Of a stretch of 64,000 bases of DNA, positions 28,564-38,142 are shown in pieces. The notes below the pieces were generated by a model, which saw only the letters and a list, made by a program, of their open reading frames with translations, was not told the DNA's origin and ran no database searches. Both the position numbers and the translations under genes were made by a program. Within the stretch, counting starts at the first letter, position 1. The number at the start of each line of letters is the position of its first letter. This DNA comes from an uncultured candidatus Porisulfidus sp. (lineage in GTDB: Bacteria > Pseudomonadota > Gammaproteobacteria > Poriferisulfidales > Poriferisulfidaceae): assembly GCA_965221375.1 (NCBI GenBank), contig OZ244883.1, forward strand, positions 1,107,893 to 1,171,892, read 5' to 3'.

Positions 28564-29550
28564 TTAAGAAATTTGGCGCTGCAGCGGAATCCCTTCCGCC
28601 ATCTCACCTGTCATGACCTGGTGCCCATGGTTGCAGGCACGCACAACATGAACCAACACGTCCGGTTCCGCAAGCTGCAATTCGCGGGAAAGTTTTTGCG
28701 CCTGGGTTTCGCTCTCGGTCAACACAAACCCCGTGGGGCCCCACGAACTTTGTCCTATGCCGGCGAAGCCCAACTGTTCTGCTTTATTCAAACTCGAAGC
28801 AATGGCCGGATGGGTGAAGCGGCCTCCTTGAACCGGAGCGAAATGATCTCCGACCGTCTTCTGCAACTCACCGATGCCCTGCGCAAAGGGTTCGAAATTC
28901 CCCTCAAACAACGCCGGTAAAACACGCATCAAGGTCAACCGACATAGGTGGGCGGCTTTTGCTTCCGGAAGTTTCGGCAAATCATCAAAAGCGGTCCGCT
29001 CCGCGGTTCCCGACAATCCTTCCTCGCCACTTTTTGCTTGCAGCAATACAATCCGCCAATGCTCGGGAAAAGTCTGGCGCACGATAATGGGAGGCAATTT
29101 GGCAGGCTCGCCCCGGCCCCCATCCAGCAAAAATCCTCCTTGCTGAAACGCACCCCATCCAATGCCCGACCTGGATCCTCGGCCCAGTTCAATGCTGATA
29201 TCCCGAAGGCTCATCTCAATGTCAAACAGATATTTAATCGCTGCACCCACGGCCAATGCCAACTGCGTCCCGGATCCTAGTCCCACATGCCCCGGAATGG
29301 CTTCATGCATATGAATTTGGACCGCACCCGGACAATGATAATGCTGCATGACTCGACGCGCATAGTCACAGGCTCGCTGCGCATCCGGGCCGGTCGCTGA
29401 GAATTCGCCGGCAGGCTCGCAGGACAAGTGCGTGCAAAGTTCGCTCAGTGCTACCCCCATGCTTCCGAAATGCCGCCCCAGTCCCCCATGCATATCCAGA
29501 AAACCAAGGTGTAGTCGACCTTGAGTCTTGATTTGAACCGCTTTATTCAT
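28564..29550 (-). CDS. mptG: beta-ribofuranosylaminobenzene 5'-phosphate synthase (H4MPT biosynthesis), GHMP-kinase fold
   Basis: 328 aa; GHMP motif IPGHVGLGSGTQLALAVGAA; fixed member of the H4MPT island. Confidence 0.75.
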   Translation of the reverse strand: MNKAVQIKTQGRLHLGFLDMHGGLGRHFGSMGVALSELCTHLSCEPAGEFSATGPDAQRACDYARRVMQHYHCPGAVQIHMHEAIPGHVGLGSGTQLALAVGAAIKYLFDIEMSLRDISIELGRGSRSGIGWGAFQQGGFLLDGGRGEPAKLPPIIVRQTFPEHWRIVLLQAKSGEEGLSGTAERTAFDDLPKLPEAKAAHLCRLTLMRVLPALFEGNFEPFAQGIGELQKTVGDHFAPVQGGRFTHPAIASSLNKAEQLGFAGIGQSSWGPTGFVLTESETQAQKLSRELQLAEPDVLVHVVRACNHGHQVMTGEMAEGIPLQRQIS

Positions 29551-29667
29551 CGATCCGAGGAATGCGTCATCCGGAAATGATACCGGCGCGATTATGGAAA
29601 TATCCTAGCATAGTAGGACTCCCTCAACAATTCTAAAAATGAACGTGGCAACGCGGTAGTTCCGAGA

Positions 29668-32600
29668 TCAAGCCACCCAAGCCCGAGCATTTCGAAATAA
29701 CCGCAGCCAAGGTGCTTCGTCGCTCCATTCCGAGGGATGCCAAGAGTGCTGCACAGTTCGAAAAACACGTTCGGGATGCGGCATCATAATCGTAAAACGC
29801 CCATCCGTATTGGTGAAAGCCGTCAAACCGCCCGCAGACCCATTGGGGTTGTGGGGGTAGTGCTCCGTCGCCTCGCCGTGCGCATCAACGAACCGCAGGC
29901 AAGCCGACACATTTAGGCGTTGCTTTTCGTCTGAAAAATCCGCACACCCTTCTCCGTGAGCCACCACAATGGGTACGCGGCTCCCTGCCATGCCCTGGAG
30001 CAGAATTGACGGAGATTCAAGAATCTCAACCTGACTCAATCGGGCTTCGAACTGTTCACTGGAATTTTTCACGAACCGCGGCCAGCACTCGGCACCCGGA
30101 ATAATATCCTTCAACTGGGACATCATCTGGCAACCATTGCACACCCCCAGCGCGAAAACATCAGGCCGCTCAAAAAACCTCTGAAATAAGTCACGCAATT
30201 TATTGTGAAACAATATATTTTTAGCCCACCCTCCTCCAGCCCCCAAGACGTCACCGTAGGAAAATCCGCCACAGGCCGCCAAACCGACCGTATCTTCAAG
30301 CAGCTCCGGAGAGGCCTGTAGATCGTTCATACATACGTCACGACATTCAAAACCAGCCTGGGCGAAAGCGGCCGCCATCTCAACCTGGCCATTGACACCC
30401 TGCTCCCGAAGAATGGCCACAACCGGCTTGGCTCCCACACCGACGTGAAGTGCTGCGGGGTTTTCGCAAGGATCAAAAGAGACTTCGGCAAATAAAGGCG
30501 GTCGACCCCACGTGCGACTCTCCTCATATTCGCTCCGCGCACACTCTTCATTGTCCCGACGACGCGCGATTTCATAACTGGTGCGGCTCCACAATTGATG
30601 CAGGTCCGTAAGCGACCATGTACGCACGTGGTGTCCTTGGCAATGCAAACTCAATTCCGGAGACTGCTGTATCTCCCCAATTCGCTCGCAAACAAGCCCT
30701 ACCTGTTCAAAACGACGGCAAATCGTCTCTACCTCCGCATCGCGCACTTGCACCACTGCCCCGATCTCTTCGTTGAATAAATAGCTCAAGACATCCTTTT
30801 CATCAGTGGGAATATCCAGGCTCAAACCCAATCGAGCGGCAAAGGCGCATTCGCACAGGCAGGCCCACAAACCTCCATCGGAGCGATCGTGATACGCCAG
30901 TAATTGATCCTCTTCCAGCAATGCCTGAACCAGATCAAAAAAAGCGGCCAATTGTTGCGCGTCTTCAACATCGGGAGTATCGGACCCCACTTGGGCATAG
31001 GCTTGCGCCAGAGCGGATCCCCCTAGGCGGCGCTGCTCATCCAGCGCAATGAGCAACAGACTGGTACTTTCCTCGTCGCGCAATTGAGGCGTAATATGGC
31101 GACGTACATGGTCGACAGGTGCGAATGCCGAGATCACCAACGAAACAGGCGAAAGCACGCGCTGATCGCCCCAAGCTGCTTGCATGGACAAGGAATCTTT
31201 GCCTACCGGAATGACAATCCCCAACTGGGGACAAAACTCCATGCCGACAGTCTCCACCGCGGCGCGCAATCCCTGAAGAGACTCGGTGTCGGAACTGGCG
31301 GCCATCCAGTTGGCCGACAAACAGATTCTTTGACGATTCCGAACTTTGACACTTGCCATATTGGTCAGGGCTTCCGCGACCGCCATGCGGGCGGATGCTG
31401 CCGGCTGGTGGATAGCAAGCATCGGACGCTCTCCCATGGACATGGCCTCTCCGGAAAACCCTTGAAAATCACTGGCGGTGACCGCCGCATCAGCGACCGG
31501 GACCTGCCACGGTCCAATCATCTGATCGCGAACGGTCAGTCCTCCGACCGAGCGATCGCCGATGGTAATCAAAAATGCCTTCGAGCCGACACTGGGCATC
31601 GCCAGTACCCGATCGACTGCTTCCTCGAAAACAATACCGACGCTATCGAAGGGGGTAGCTGTTTTTGTGGTGGACTTGATATCCAGATGAAGATTCGCCG
31701 ATTCTCCGAATAAAACAGACAACGGCATATCAATCACCACATTTTTCAGCATGCGGTCGGATAACCGCAGACGACCGGCGTCGGTCGCGTAGCCGACGAC
31801 CGCATAAGGACTGCGTTCGCGTTGGCAAATTTTCGCGAAATCGTCCAACGACTCGGGCCGAATCGCCAGCACATAACGCTCCTGCGCCTCATTGCACCAA
31901 ATTTCGCGTGGCGACATGCCGCTGTCGGCACAGGGAATATCCCGCAATTCCAGCTCAGCACCTCCCGGTTTTCCATCGACCAATTCCGGAATTGCGTTCG
32001 ATAACCCGCCCGCACCCACATCATGGATCGACAAGATCGGATTCTTTTCACCATGGGCCACACACTGCTCAATTACTTCCTGGGCTCTGCGCTGCATCTC
32101 CGGATTACTGCGCTGCACCGAGGCAAAATCCAGTTCTTCGTGGCTGGCCCCAGTATGCTGTGATGATGCCGCCCCTCCTCCCAGCCCAATCAGCATGGCC
32201 GGGCCTCCCAGCACAACAATCGCAGCCCCTTCGGGAATGGTTTGTTTGTGGATATGACCTGCTTGGATGCTGCCCAATCCGCCGGCAATCATGATTGGCT
32301 TGTGATAACCATAAGTACGTCTGCCTGAAGAGGACGGCACCTCCATCTCCAGTGTGCGGAAATAACCACTCAAGCACGGTCGGCCGAATTCGTTATTAAA
32401 GGATGCCGCACCGATAGGACCTTCAATCATGATGTCAAGCGGTCGCGCCATACGAGGAGAATGTCCCCGTTCCGGACGCTCCCACGGCTGTATCCAATTG
32501 GACAGGTTCAGATTAGACACTGTGAAACCGCATAACCCAGCCTTAGGTCTCCCACCACGGCCGCAAGCCGTCTCGTCACGAATTTCTCCCCCACTCCCGG

Positions 32601-33516
32601 TTGCTGCCCCCGGAAAAGGCGAAATGCCCGTGGGGTGGTTATGGGTCTCAACTTTAATCACGATGCCATATTCACCGTCTGACGATTTCCACAAGCGGCT
32701 CTCTGGGTCCACCGCCATGCGGCTGTAGCGGCCCGCCTGCATCACTGCCGCATTGTCTTGATAAGCCGACAGAACACCCTCCGGGGAAACCTCGAAGGTA
32801 TTGCGAATCATGTCAAACAAACTTCGCTCAATAGGCTTGCCGTCGATTGTCCAAGATGCGTTGAAAATCTTGTGGCGGCAATGTTCGGAATTGACTTGAG
32901 CAAACATCATCAGCTCTGCATCCGTTGGATATTTCCCTATTTTTTCATAGGCTTGATGCAAATAGGCAATATCCGCTTCAGATAAGGCCAAACCATAACG
33001 CGCATTCGCGTCACGCAAGATCGATACCCCATCATTCTGAAAATCAACGGTTTCAAGGGGCTGAGGCTCAGAGGACTGAAACAACTGAGCAATTTCCTTC
33101 ACATCCGCCAAAATGGTCTCGGTCATCGGATCGTGCAGCATGAGCAACAATTCCGGCTTCAGCCGTTCCACTCCTTCGATGCGATATTCAATGCCCCGCT
33201 CGATGCGCCTCACCGTTGTCAGGCCGCAAACACGAAAAATCTCTGTTGCTTTACTGGACCAGGGCGAAATCGTGCCCAGCCGCGGAATCGCAAAACATGG
33301 GGATCCGGAAGTTATTTCCTCACTCGCCGGAGCGTAATCAAGCAAAGCGCCCAATACGAGTTCTTCGCTTTGGGTGAAATCTGCGTCGCAATCTACAAAA
33401 TGATAGTACCGGGCACTGACAATAGTGCCGGAATGCTTTGCCGTAAGTCTCGCATTGAGTTTGCGGAGAAAACTACCGGACAGTGCCTGGCCGCCTGGAT
33501 AGATGCGTACGGGCAT
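29668..33516 (-). CDS. purL: phosphoribosylformylglycinamidine synthase (single-chain large PurL)
   Basis: 1282 aa; N-terminal domain, FGAM synthase PurM-like repeats, C-terminal class-I glutamine amidotransferase (GVCNGCQ). Confidence 0.93.
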   Translation of the reverse strand: MPVRIYPGGQALSGSFLRKLNARLTAKHSGTIVSARYYHFVDCDADFTQSEELVLGALLDYAPASEEITSGSPCFAIPRLGTISPWSSKATEIFRVCGLTTVRRIERGIEYRIEGVERLKPELLLMLHDPMTETILADVKEIAQLFQSSEPQPLETVDFQNDGVSILRDANARYGLALSEADIAYLHQAYEKIGKYPTDAELMMFAQVNSEHCRHKIFNASWTIDGKPIERSLFDMIRNTFEVSPEGVLSAYQDNAAVMQAGRYSRMAVDPESRLWKSSDGEYGIVIKVETHNHPTGISPFPGAATGSGGEIRDETACGRGGRPKAGLCGFTVSNLNLSNWIQPWERPERGHSPRMARPLDIMIEGPIGAASFNNEFGRPCLSGYFRTLEMEVPSSSGRRTYGYHKPIMIAGGLGSIQAGHIHKQTIPEGAAIVVLGGPAMLIGLGGGAASSQHTGASHEELDFASVQRSNPEMQRRAQEVIEQCVAHGEKNPILSIHDVGAGGLSNAIPELVDGKPGGAELELRDIPCADSGMSPREIWCNEAQERYVLAIRPESLDDFAKICQRERSPYAVVGYATDAGRLRLSDRMLKNVVIDMPLSVLFGESANLHLDIKSTTKTATPFDSVGIVFEEAVDRVLAMPSVGSKAFLITIGDRSVGGLTVRDQMIGPWQVPVADAAVTASDFQGFSGEAMSMGERPMLAIHQPAASARMAVAEALTNMASVKVRNRQRICLSANWMAASSDTESLQGLRAAVETVGMEFCPQLGIVIPVGKDSLSMQAAWGDQRVLSPVSLVISAFAPVDHVRRHITPQLRDEESTSLLLIALDEQRRLGGSALAQAYAQVGSDTPDVEDAQQLAAFFDLVQALLEEDQLLAYHDRSDGGLWACLCECAFAARLGLSLDIPTDEKDVLSYLFNEEIGAVVQVRDAEVETICRRFEQVGLVCERIGEIQQSPELSLHCQGHHVRTWSLTDLHQLWSRTSYEIARRRDNEECARSEYEESRTWGRPPLFAEVSFDPCENPAALHVGVGAKPVVAILREQGVNGQVEMAAAFAQAGFECRDVCMNDLQASPELLEDTVGLAACGGFSYGDVLGAGGGWAKNILFHNKLRDLFQRFFERPDVFALGVCNGCQMMSQLKDIIPGAECWPRFVKNSSEQFEARLSQVEILESPSILLQGMAGSRVPIVVAHGEGCADFSDEKQRLNVSACLRFVDAHGEATEHYPHNPNGSAGGLTAFTNTDGRFTIMMPHPERVFRTVQHSWHPSEWSDEAPWLRLFRNARAWVA

Positions 33517-33600
33517 AAAAAATTGCTAAATTACACCAAGAATGACGCGCATATTACCAAGATTACTGAGTAAATGCCGAAGTAGACAGCTTTTTGCCAT

Positions 33601-33630
33601 CTTGCTCTTTGCTGTTGTTCCTATGTATAA
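33601..33630 (+). promoter_or_regulatory. sigma70-type promoter for ssrA (TTGCTC -35, 18 nt, TATAAT -10)
   Basis: Read directly; the -10 ends 21 nt upstream of the mature tmRNA 5' end. Confidence 0.6.
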
Positions 33631-33651
33631 TTACTGTTGATAAGTTCGACT

Positions 33652-34006
33652 TGGGGGTGACCCGGTTTCGACGGCGGTTACGGACTCCAAGGCGCATGCC
33701 GAGGCGGTAGCGACCTCGTAAAAAATGGCTGCAAAACATTAGTTGCCAACGACGACAACTACGCACTAGCGGCTTGATCCGCTAGTCATCCTTCCGGGAG
33801 ATGCTTGTGGATCCTGTTTGGATGTCGACTACACAAGCTCGCCTTGCAACCTGCCTGGAGTTGAAAGGTTAAACGAAACATCCAGACTGGCGATCATTAA
33901 GTCCTGTCCGTCGGGCGTTGATCGTAAGATAAAAGACGGTGCTAAGCATGTAGTGCCGAAGAGAAAGAACTGTTGGACGCGGGTTCGATTCCCGCCACCT
34001 CCACCA
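33652..34006 (+). ncRNA. ssrA: transfer-messenger RNA (tmRNA, SsrA)
   Basis: 5' GGGGGUGAC...UUCGACGG and 3' GGACGCGGGUUCGAUUCCCGCCACCUCCACCA form the tRNA-Ala-like acceptor/T-arm. Resume codon region GCAUGCCGAGG...; tag ORF GCC AAC GAC GAC AAC TAC GCA CTA GCG GCT TGA = ANDDNYALAA*. Collinear with E. coli ssrA. Confidence 0.93.
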
Positions 34007-34030
34007 ATCACCGGCTTCAAGAATTTCCAT

Positions 34031-34066
34031 AAGGCCTCGTAAAAAAGCTTTGCGAGGCCTTATCTT
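34031..34066 (+). terminator. rho-independent terminator after ssrA
   Basis: AAGGCCTCG - loop TAAAAAAGCTTTG - CGAGGCCTT followed by ATCTT, read directly. Confidence 0.7.
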
Positions 34067-34188
34067 ATGTGACTAGCGCGCAATATAGGCTTAAGGCATC
34101 CTTCTATATTTTGCATTTTAATAATATAAATGGTAATATTCTTCCATGTTATAATTTTTAAACATATAAGACCCAATTTGGGGTCCTT

Positions 34189-35346
34189 ATGTCAAAATCT
34201 AGTCAAATGGAACGAAGTGGCCACTTTCGGCATGTGCCTGCGGGGTATAGAGCATTCTTTCCTGCACTACTGCCACCCACGCCCCCTATTGCGATTGAGG
34301 GTAGCCTGCAACAGCTCCTTTCGAAGGCTGATCAAACCATGAGCGTGTTAAATGTGGTTTTTAGTGTTCTGCCTAACCCCGACCAATTAGTAGGAATGTT
34401 CATGCAGAAAGAGGCCTTGCTCAGCTCGCAGATTGAGGGTACCCAATCGTCCCTGATAGATGTGCTGGGAGTCGAAGAAGGTAATCCTCCAACAGCAGAT
34501 GTGGGAGAGGTCTTGAACTACCTGGCCGCCATGCGTCATGGCATGCAGCGTCTGCAAAAAAACGAACTTCCTCTGTGTGCTCGCCTGCTCAAAGAATTAC
34601 ATCTGAAATTGATGGCAGAGACAAGAGGAGGCGGCCCTCATCTCACTCCAGGTGAATTTCGCACTATGCAGAACTGGATTGGCGGCAGTAGCCCCGCCAA
34701 CGCTCGCTTTGTGCCACCCCCGGCCGATGAACTGGGCGTAATGTTCGGAGAGCTGGAGAAGTATTTCCATACCGAGAATGATACGCCGCCATTGGTGCAG
34801 TGTGCCCTGATTCACTACCAGTTTGAAACCCTGCATCCCTTCAATGATGGCAACGGGCGCTTGGGACGTTTGTTAATCAGCCTGTTTTTGTTAAGCAGAG
34901 GTGTGTTGGATCAGCCCATGCTGTATCTCAGCGCCTACCTGAAAATTCATCAACAAGAATATTACGATCGCCTGCAACAAGTGCGCACTGACGGTAGTTA
35001 TGAGAAATGGTTGACCTTTTTCTTGGAAGGTATTGTGGCTGTTAGTGATATGGTCATTGACACTACCCGCCGGATTCAAGCATTAGAGCGCAGTGATACA
35101 GACGCGATGACCACTGCCGGAACTGGCAGCGAAAGCATTGCCTTTATTCGTGCCCTGCTACAGCAGCCTGTTGTTTATGTAAGGGATATTGAAAGGCACT
35201 TGAACATCTCTTATGCCAAGGCCAATCAAATGGTGGCGTTGGCCGAAAAGATGGATATCCTGAAGCAAATCAGTCATGGCAAACGAAACCGGAAATACGG
35301 TTATCAAAAATATATTGAAATTTTGTCTGAAGGAACCGAAATCTAA
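34189..35346 (+). CDS. Fic-family protein (AMPylator-type, class II with N-terminal inhibitory motif) with C-terminal winged-helix domain
   Basis: 385 aa; Fic motif HPFNDGNGRLGRLL; inhibitory-helix-like SSQIEGTQ ((S/T)xxxE(G/N)) upstream of the active site; C-terminal ~70 aa HTH-like. Preceded by an AT-rich 120-bp spacer. Start could be ATG 34207. Confidence 0.85.
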   Translation: MSKSSQMERSGHFRHVPAGYRAFFPALLPPTPPIAIEGSLQQLLSKADQTMSVLNVVFSVLPNPDQLVGMFMQKEALLSSQIEGTQSSLIDVLGVEEGNPPTADVGEVLNYLAAMRHGMQRLQKNELPLCARLLKELHLKLMAETRGGGPHLTPGEFRTMQNWIGGSSPANARFVPPPADELGVMFGELEKYFHTENDTPPLVQCALIHYQFETLHPFNDGNGRLGRLLISLFLLSRGVLDQPMLYLSAYLKIHQQEYYDRLQQVRTDGSYEKWLTFFLEGIVAVSDMVIDTTRRIQALERSDTDAMTTAGTGSESIAFIRALLQQPVVYVRDIERHLNISYAKANQMVALAEKMDILKQISHGKRNRKYGYQKYIEILSEGTEI

Positions 35347-35542
35347 TGCCAAGGCCGCACTTTATATTCCTGGATAAATTACCCCTGTTTCCAAGTGCTT
35401 CACAGAATTGTCATAAAACATAAAACACATATAATAAATGAGCCGTCAACTTATCTGGTTACAGCGCTAGGAGAGTTTCTGCAGCAACTTAATTAGCTTC
35501 CTGCAGGCATAAACGTCAGGTGCTTTATCCAAGAGGTCCCTT

Positions 35543-38074
35543 ATGAAAAACAAACCGACAAAACACTGCAGCCGGACTGGACTTTTCTATGTCCTAGGCT
35601 ATCTGCTACTCGCTATAGCCCCTCCCCTTCACGCCGAGGAAGCTGAAAACGAGGAAGCCGCGGAAACTCCCGTTATCCCAATTAAAGTGGAAGCCGCTGA
35701 GATCAGCACCCAGCCTGGCCATACGAAATATGACGCCGAAGTAATTCAGAACATGCCTACGGGAGACTCTCACCTGTCCGACCTGTTGCGCCTGAATCCG
35801 GCTGTGGACTTTTCCCGAGAAAGCGACATATCCGGCAGTGCCACTCTACGTCCCGACGAAATTTCCATACATGGACAACGGTTTTACCAGAACCTTTTTC
35901 TTATTGACGGCATTGATACTACCAACGACTTGAATCCTGCATCGACTAATGACATTTTCAGTAACCCCAGTCTCTTCTTTCCGAATGGGGGAAGTTCCCC
36001 CCAGGGGTATTACGTTGACGTAGAACTGCTAGATAATGTCCAAGTTTTCGACAGTAATATTCCAGTCGAGTACGGGGGCTTCACCGGTGGAGTAATCTCT
36101 GCCGAACTGAAATCCTACGAGGGCGAAGACAAGTTTTCATGGCGCTTTGGAATAAAGCGAGATGAATGGGAGAGATATCATGTCAATGAGGGCGACCTTA
36201 CAGCTGCAGATTACTACGGTGGAGTCTACACACCCGACTATCAAAAAACCAATTTTAGAGTTAATGTGCAGCGGGAGATTGCTGAGAATTGGGGTTTAAA
36301 CTTAAGCGTGTCGCGACGTGTTTCACGCTTTGATCAGCGTTACGACAAAATAATTTCTGCAACAGGCCCTGTAGAAGACCGTACTGATAGACGGACCATC
36401 GAATACGAGGATAGAGTCGACAATATTCTCGGGCGAGTGGACACCGTGTGGGAAGGGAAAAAACTCGGACTCTCGTTCCGCTACGCTCGACGTCGACACG
36501 ATGGTCTAACCGCAACAAATTACGATGGGAGATTCGAGAAAGACCACGACGGTTACGGAATAACTGCTGACCTTGAAGGTGAGCGACCTTCCGGCCTATG
36601 GAAACTTAAGTTTGGCGCCGATCAGTTATCCGATGAATTAGACAGCGAGGACAATCTCTTTAGCTCCCATGAATCTGCGGAAGCGAGCCTGCTAGACTTG
36701 CAATACGAAGGTTCATACGGTGACACCAAGCAGAGGCAAACACGTCTCACTTTGAAACCGAAGTGGATTTTTAATACGCAGCATTTTTCTGGTGCCGAGC
36801 ACGACATTACTGCAGGTGGCGAAATGCGCTATACGAAAAGTTTCTACGAACGGCCGAGCAAGGTCGTCTATGAAAAATACGATTGCCGAACAGATAGTGC
36901 CGACCGTCTCGGTTGCCAAGACTATGATGGAGATGGTATCAGTGACCGTGGCGACGAATACCTTGCCCGAGTTGTCGACTATCTTCCCGGTAAAGTGAAT
37001 CTCAGCTACGGTGAATGGGCACTCTATGCTGAAGATCGGATGAACTTTGGACGGTTAAAGGTCAACGCTGGTTTGCGGGCAGATCGTAACAGCTTTCTCG
37101 AAAATCTGGATGTAGCACCACGCCTTTCCTTGGACTGGAACGTCTTTGGCGATGGACGAACTCACATCACTGCCGGTGCCAATCGCTACTATGGGCGTAG
37201 TTTCATGCGCCTTCAGCTGAACGATGCGATCTATGGGTGGCGAGAATGGCGTGATTACAACCAAGACGGCTCTTTAAGGCGTCTCCGCACCTACGACAAC
37301 AGAAGCGGAGCTTCGGACTTGGACACCCCCTATTCAGATGAGTGGATGCTCGGTTGGAGCCAAATATTCGGCCCGCTTACTCTCCGCATGCAGTATGTTG
37401 ATCGTAAAAGTCGGGATGGGATAACTCGCCGATATGAAAATATCGATGATGACAGTGCCCGCGAATACTACTACACAAACGACGGACGCAGTTCGACTGA
37501 AAGTACGACATTTGAAGTGACCACTGAAACCCCCAAAAGCCCTGGCGCTGCTTGGACCCAATTCACACTGGCGTTGAATTACAAAGATTCTGAAAGCAAC
37601 TCCCAAGATGACGCTGGCTACGACGAAGCAATCGACGAAGAACTCATTTATTACAAAGGTCGAGTGATTTCATTTGACCAACTCCCAGCATGGGATTACA
37701 ACATTCCATTCGGAGCTCGTTTGTTTGCAACGACCCATATCCCCCAGTGGAACGTGGTTTGGTCGAACTTTTTCAACCTGCGCCGGGGTGGAACCATTGC
37801 CCAAGATTCACGTAGGGACTGCGACGATAGAGACCCAGTTACAGGTGAAGTTTATTGTGACGGCGATTATGACATCTACGAAGATACTGACTTCAAAAGT
37901 TTGGTCATCGTAGACACCAAAATTCAATGGCAACCCCGTATCCTCGACCAGTCATTCTACGTGAAAGTTGAAGTCAAAAACGTGTTTGATAAAGTCATCA
38001 ACGTCAGCACCACCACTCGCAGATCCTACACAAGTGGGCGACTTTGGTGGATTGAGACGGGCATGGATTTCTGA
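35543..38074 (+). CDS. TonB-dependent outer-membrane receptor
   Basis: 843 aa; signal peptide ...APPLHA, TonB-box-like ETPVIPIKVEA, plug motif VEYGGFTGGVISAELKS, long beta-rich body, C-terminal aromatic residue (..GMDF). Spot GC count ~40%. Confidence 0.8.
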   Translation: MKNKPTKHCSRTGLFYVLGYLLLAIAPPLHAEEAENEEAAETPVIPIKVEAAEISTQPGHTKYDAEVIQNMPTGDSHLSDLLRLNPAVDFSRESDISGSATLRPDEISIHGQRFYQNLFLIDGIDTTNDLNPASTNDIFSNPSLFFPNGGSSPQGYYVDVELLDNVQVFDSNIPVEYGGFTGGVISAELKSYEGEDKFSWRFGIKRDEWERYHVNEGDLTAADYYGGVYTPDYQKTNFRVNVQREIAENWGLNLSVSRRVSRFDQRYDKIISATGPVEDRTDRRTIEYEDRVDNILGRVDTVWEGKKLGLSFRYARRRHDGLTATNYDGRFEKDHDGYGITADLEGERPSGLWKLKFGADQLSDELDSEDNLFSSHESAEASLLDLQYEGSYGDTKQRQTRLTLKPKWIFNTQHFSGAEHDITAGGEMRYTKSFYERPSKVVYEKYDCRTDSADRLGCQDYDGDGISDRGDEYLARVVDYLPGKVNLSYGEWALYAEDRMNFGRLKVNAGLRADRNSFLENLDVAPRLSLDWNVFGDGRTHITAGANRYYGRSFMRLQLNDAIYGWREWRDYNQDGSLRRLRTYDNRSGASDLDTPYSDEWMLGWSQIFGPLTLRMQYVDRKSRDGITRRYENIDDDSAREYYYTNDGRSSTESTTFEVTTETPKSPGAAWTQFTLALNYKDSESNSQDDAGYDEAIDEELIYYKGRVISFDQLPAWDYNIPFGARLFATTHIPQWNVVWSNFFNLRRGGTIAQDSRRDCDDRDPVTGEVYCDGDYDIYEDTDFKSLVIVDTKIQWQPRILDQSFYVKVEVKNVFDKVINVSTTTRRSYTSGRLWWIETGMDF

Positions 38075-38142
38075 CCACGGGTATGCTGCTGGCGACAGCA
38101 GAGACACAGCTTTGATTTGGATGTATGCTCGGCAGAGCATGA

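Noticed and set aside
33563-34042. Three ORF-track ORFs (67, 74 and 63 aa) overlapping ssrA
   Set aside because: The region is the tmRNA gene; the ORFs have no RBS and no coherent protein features.
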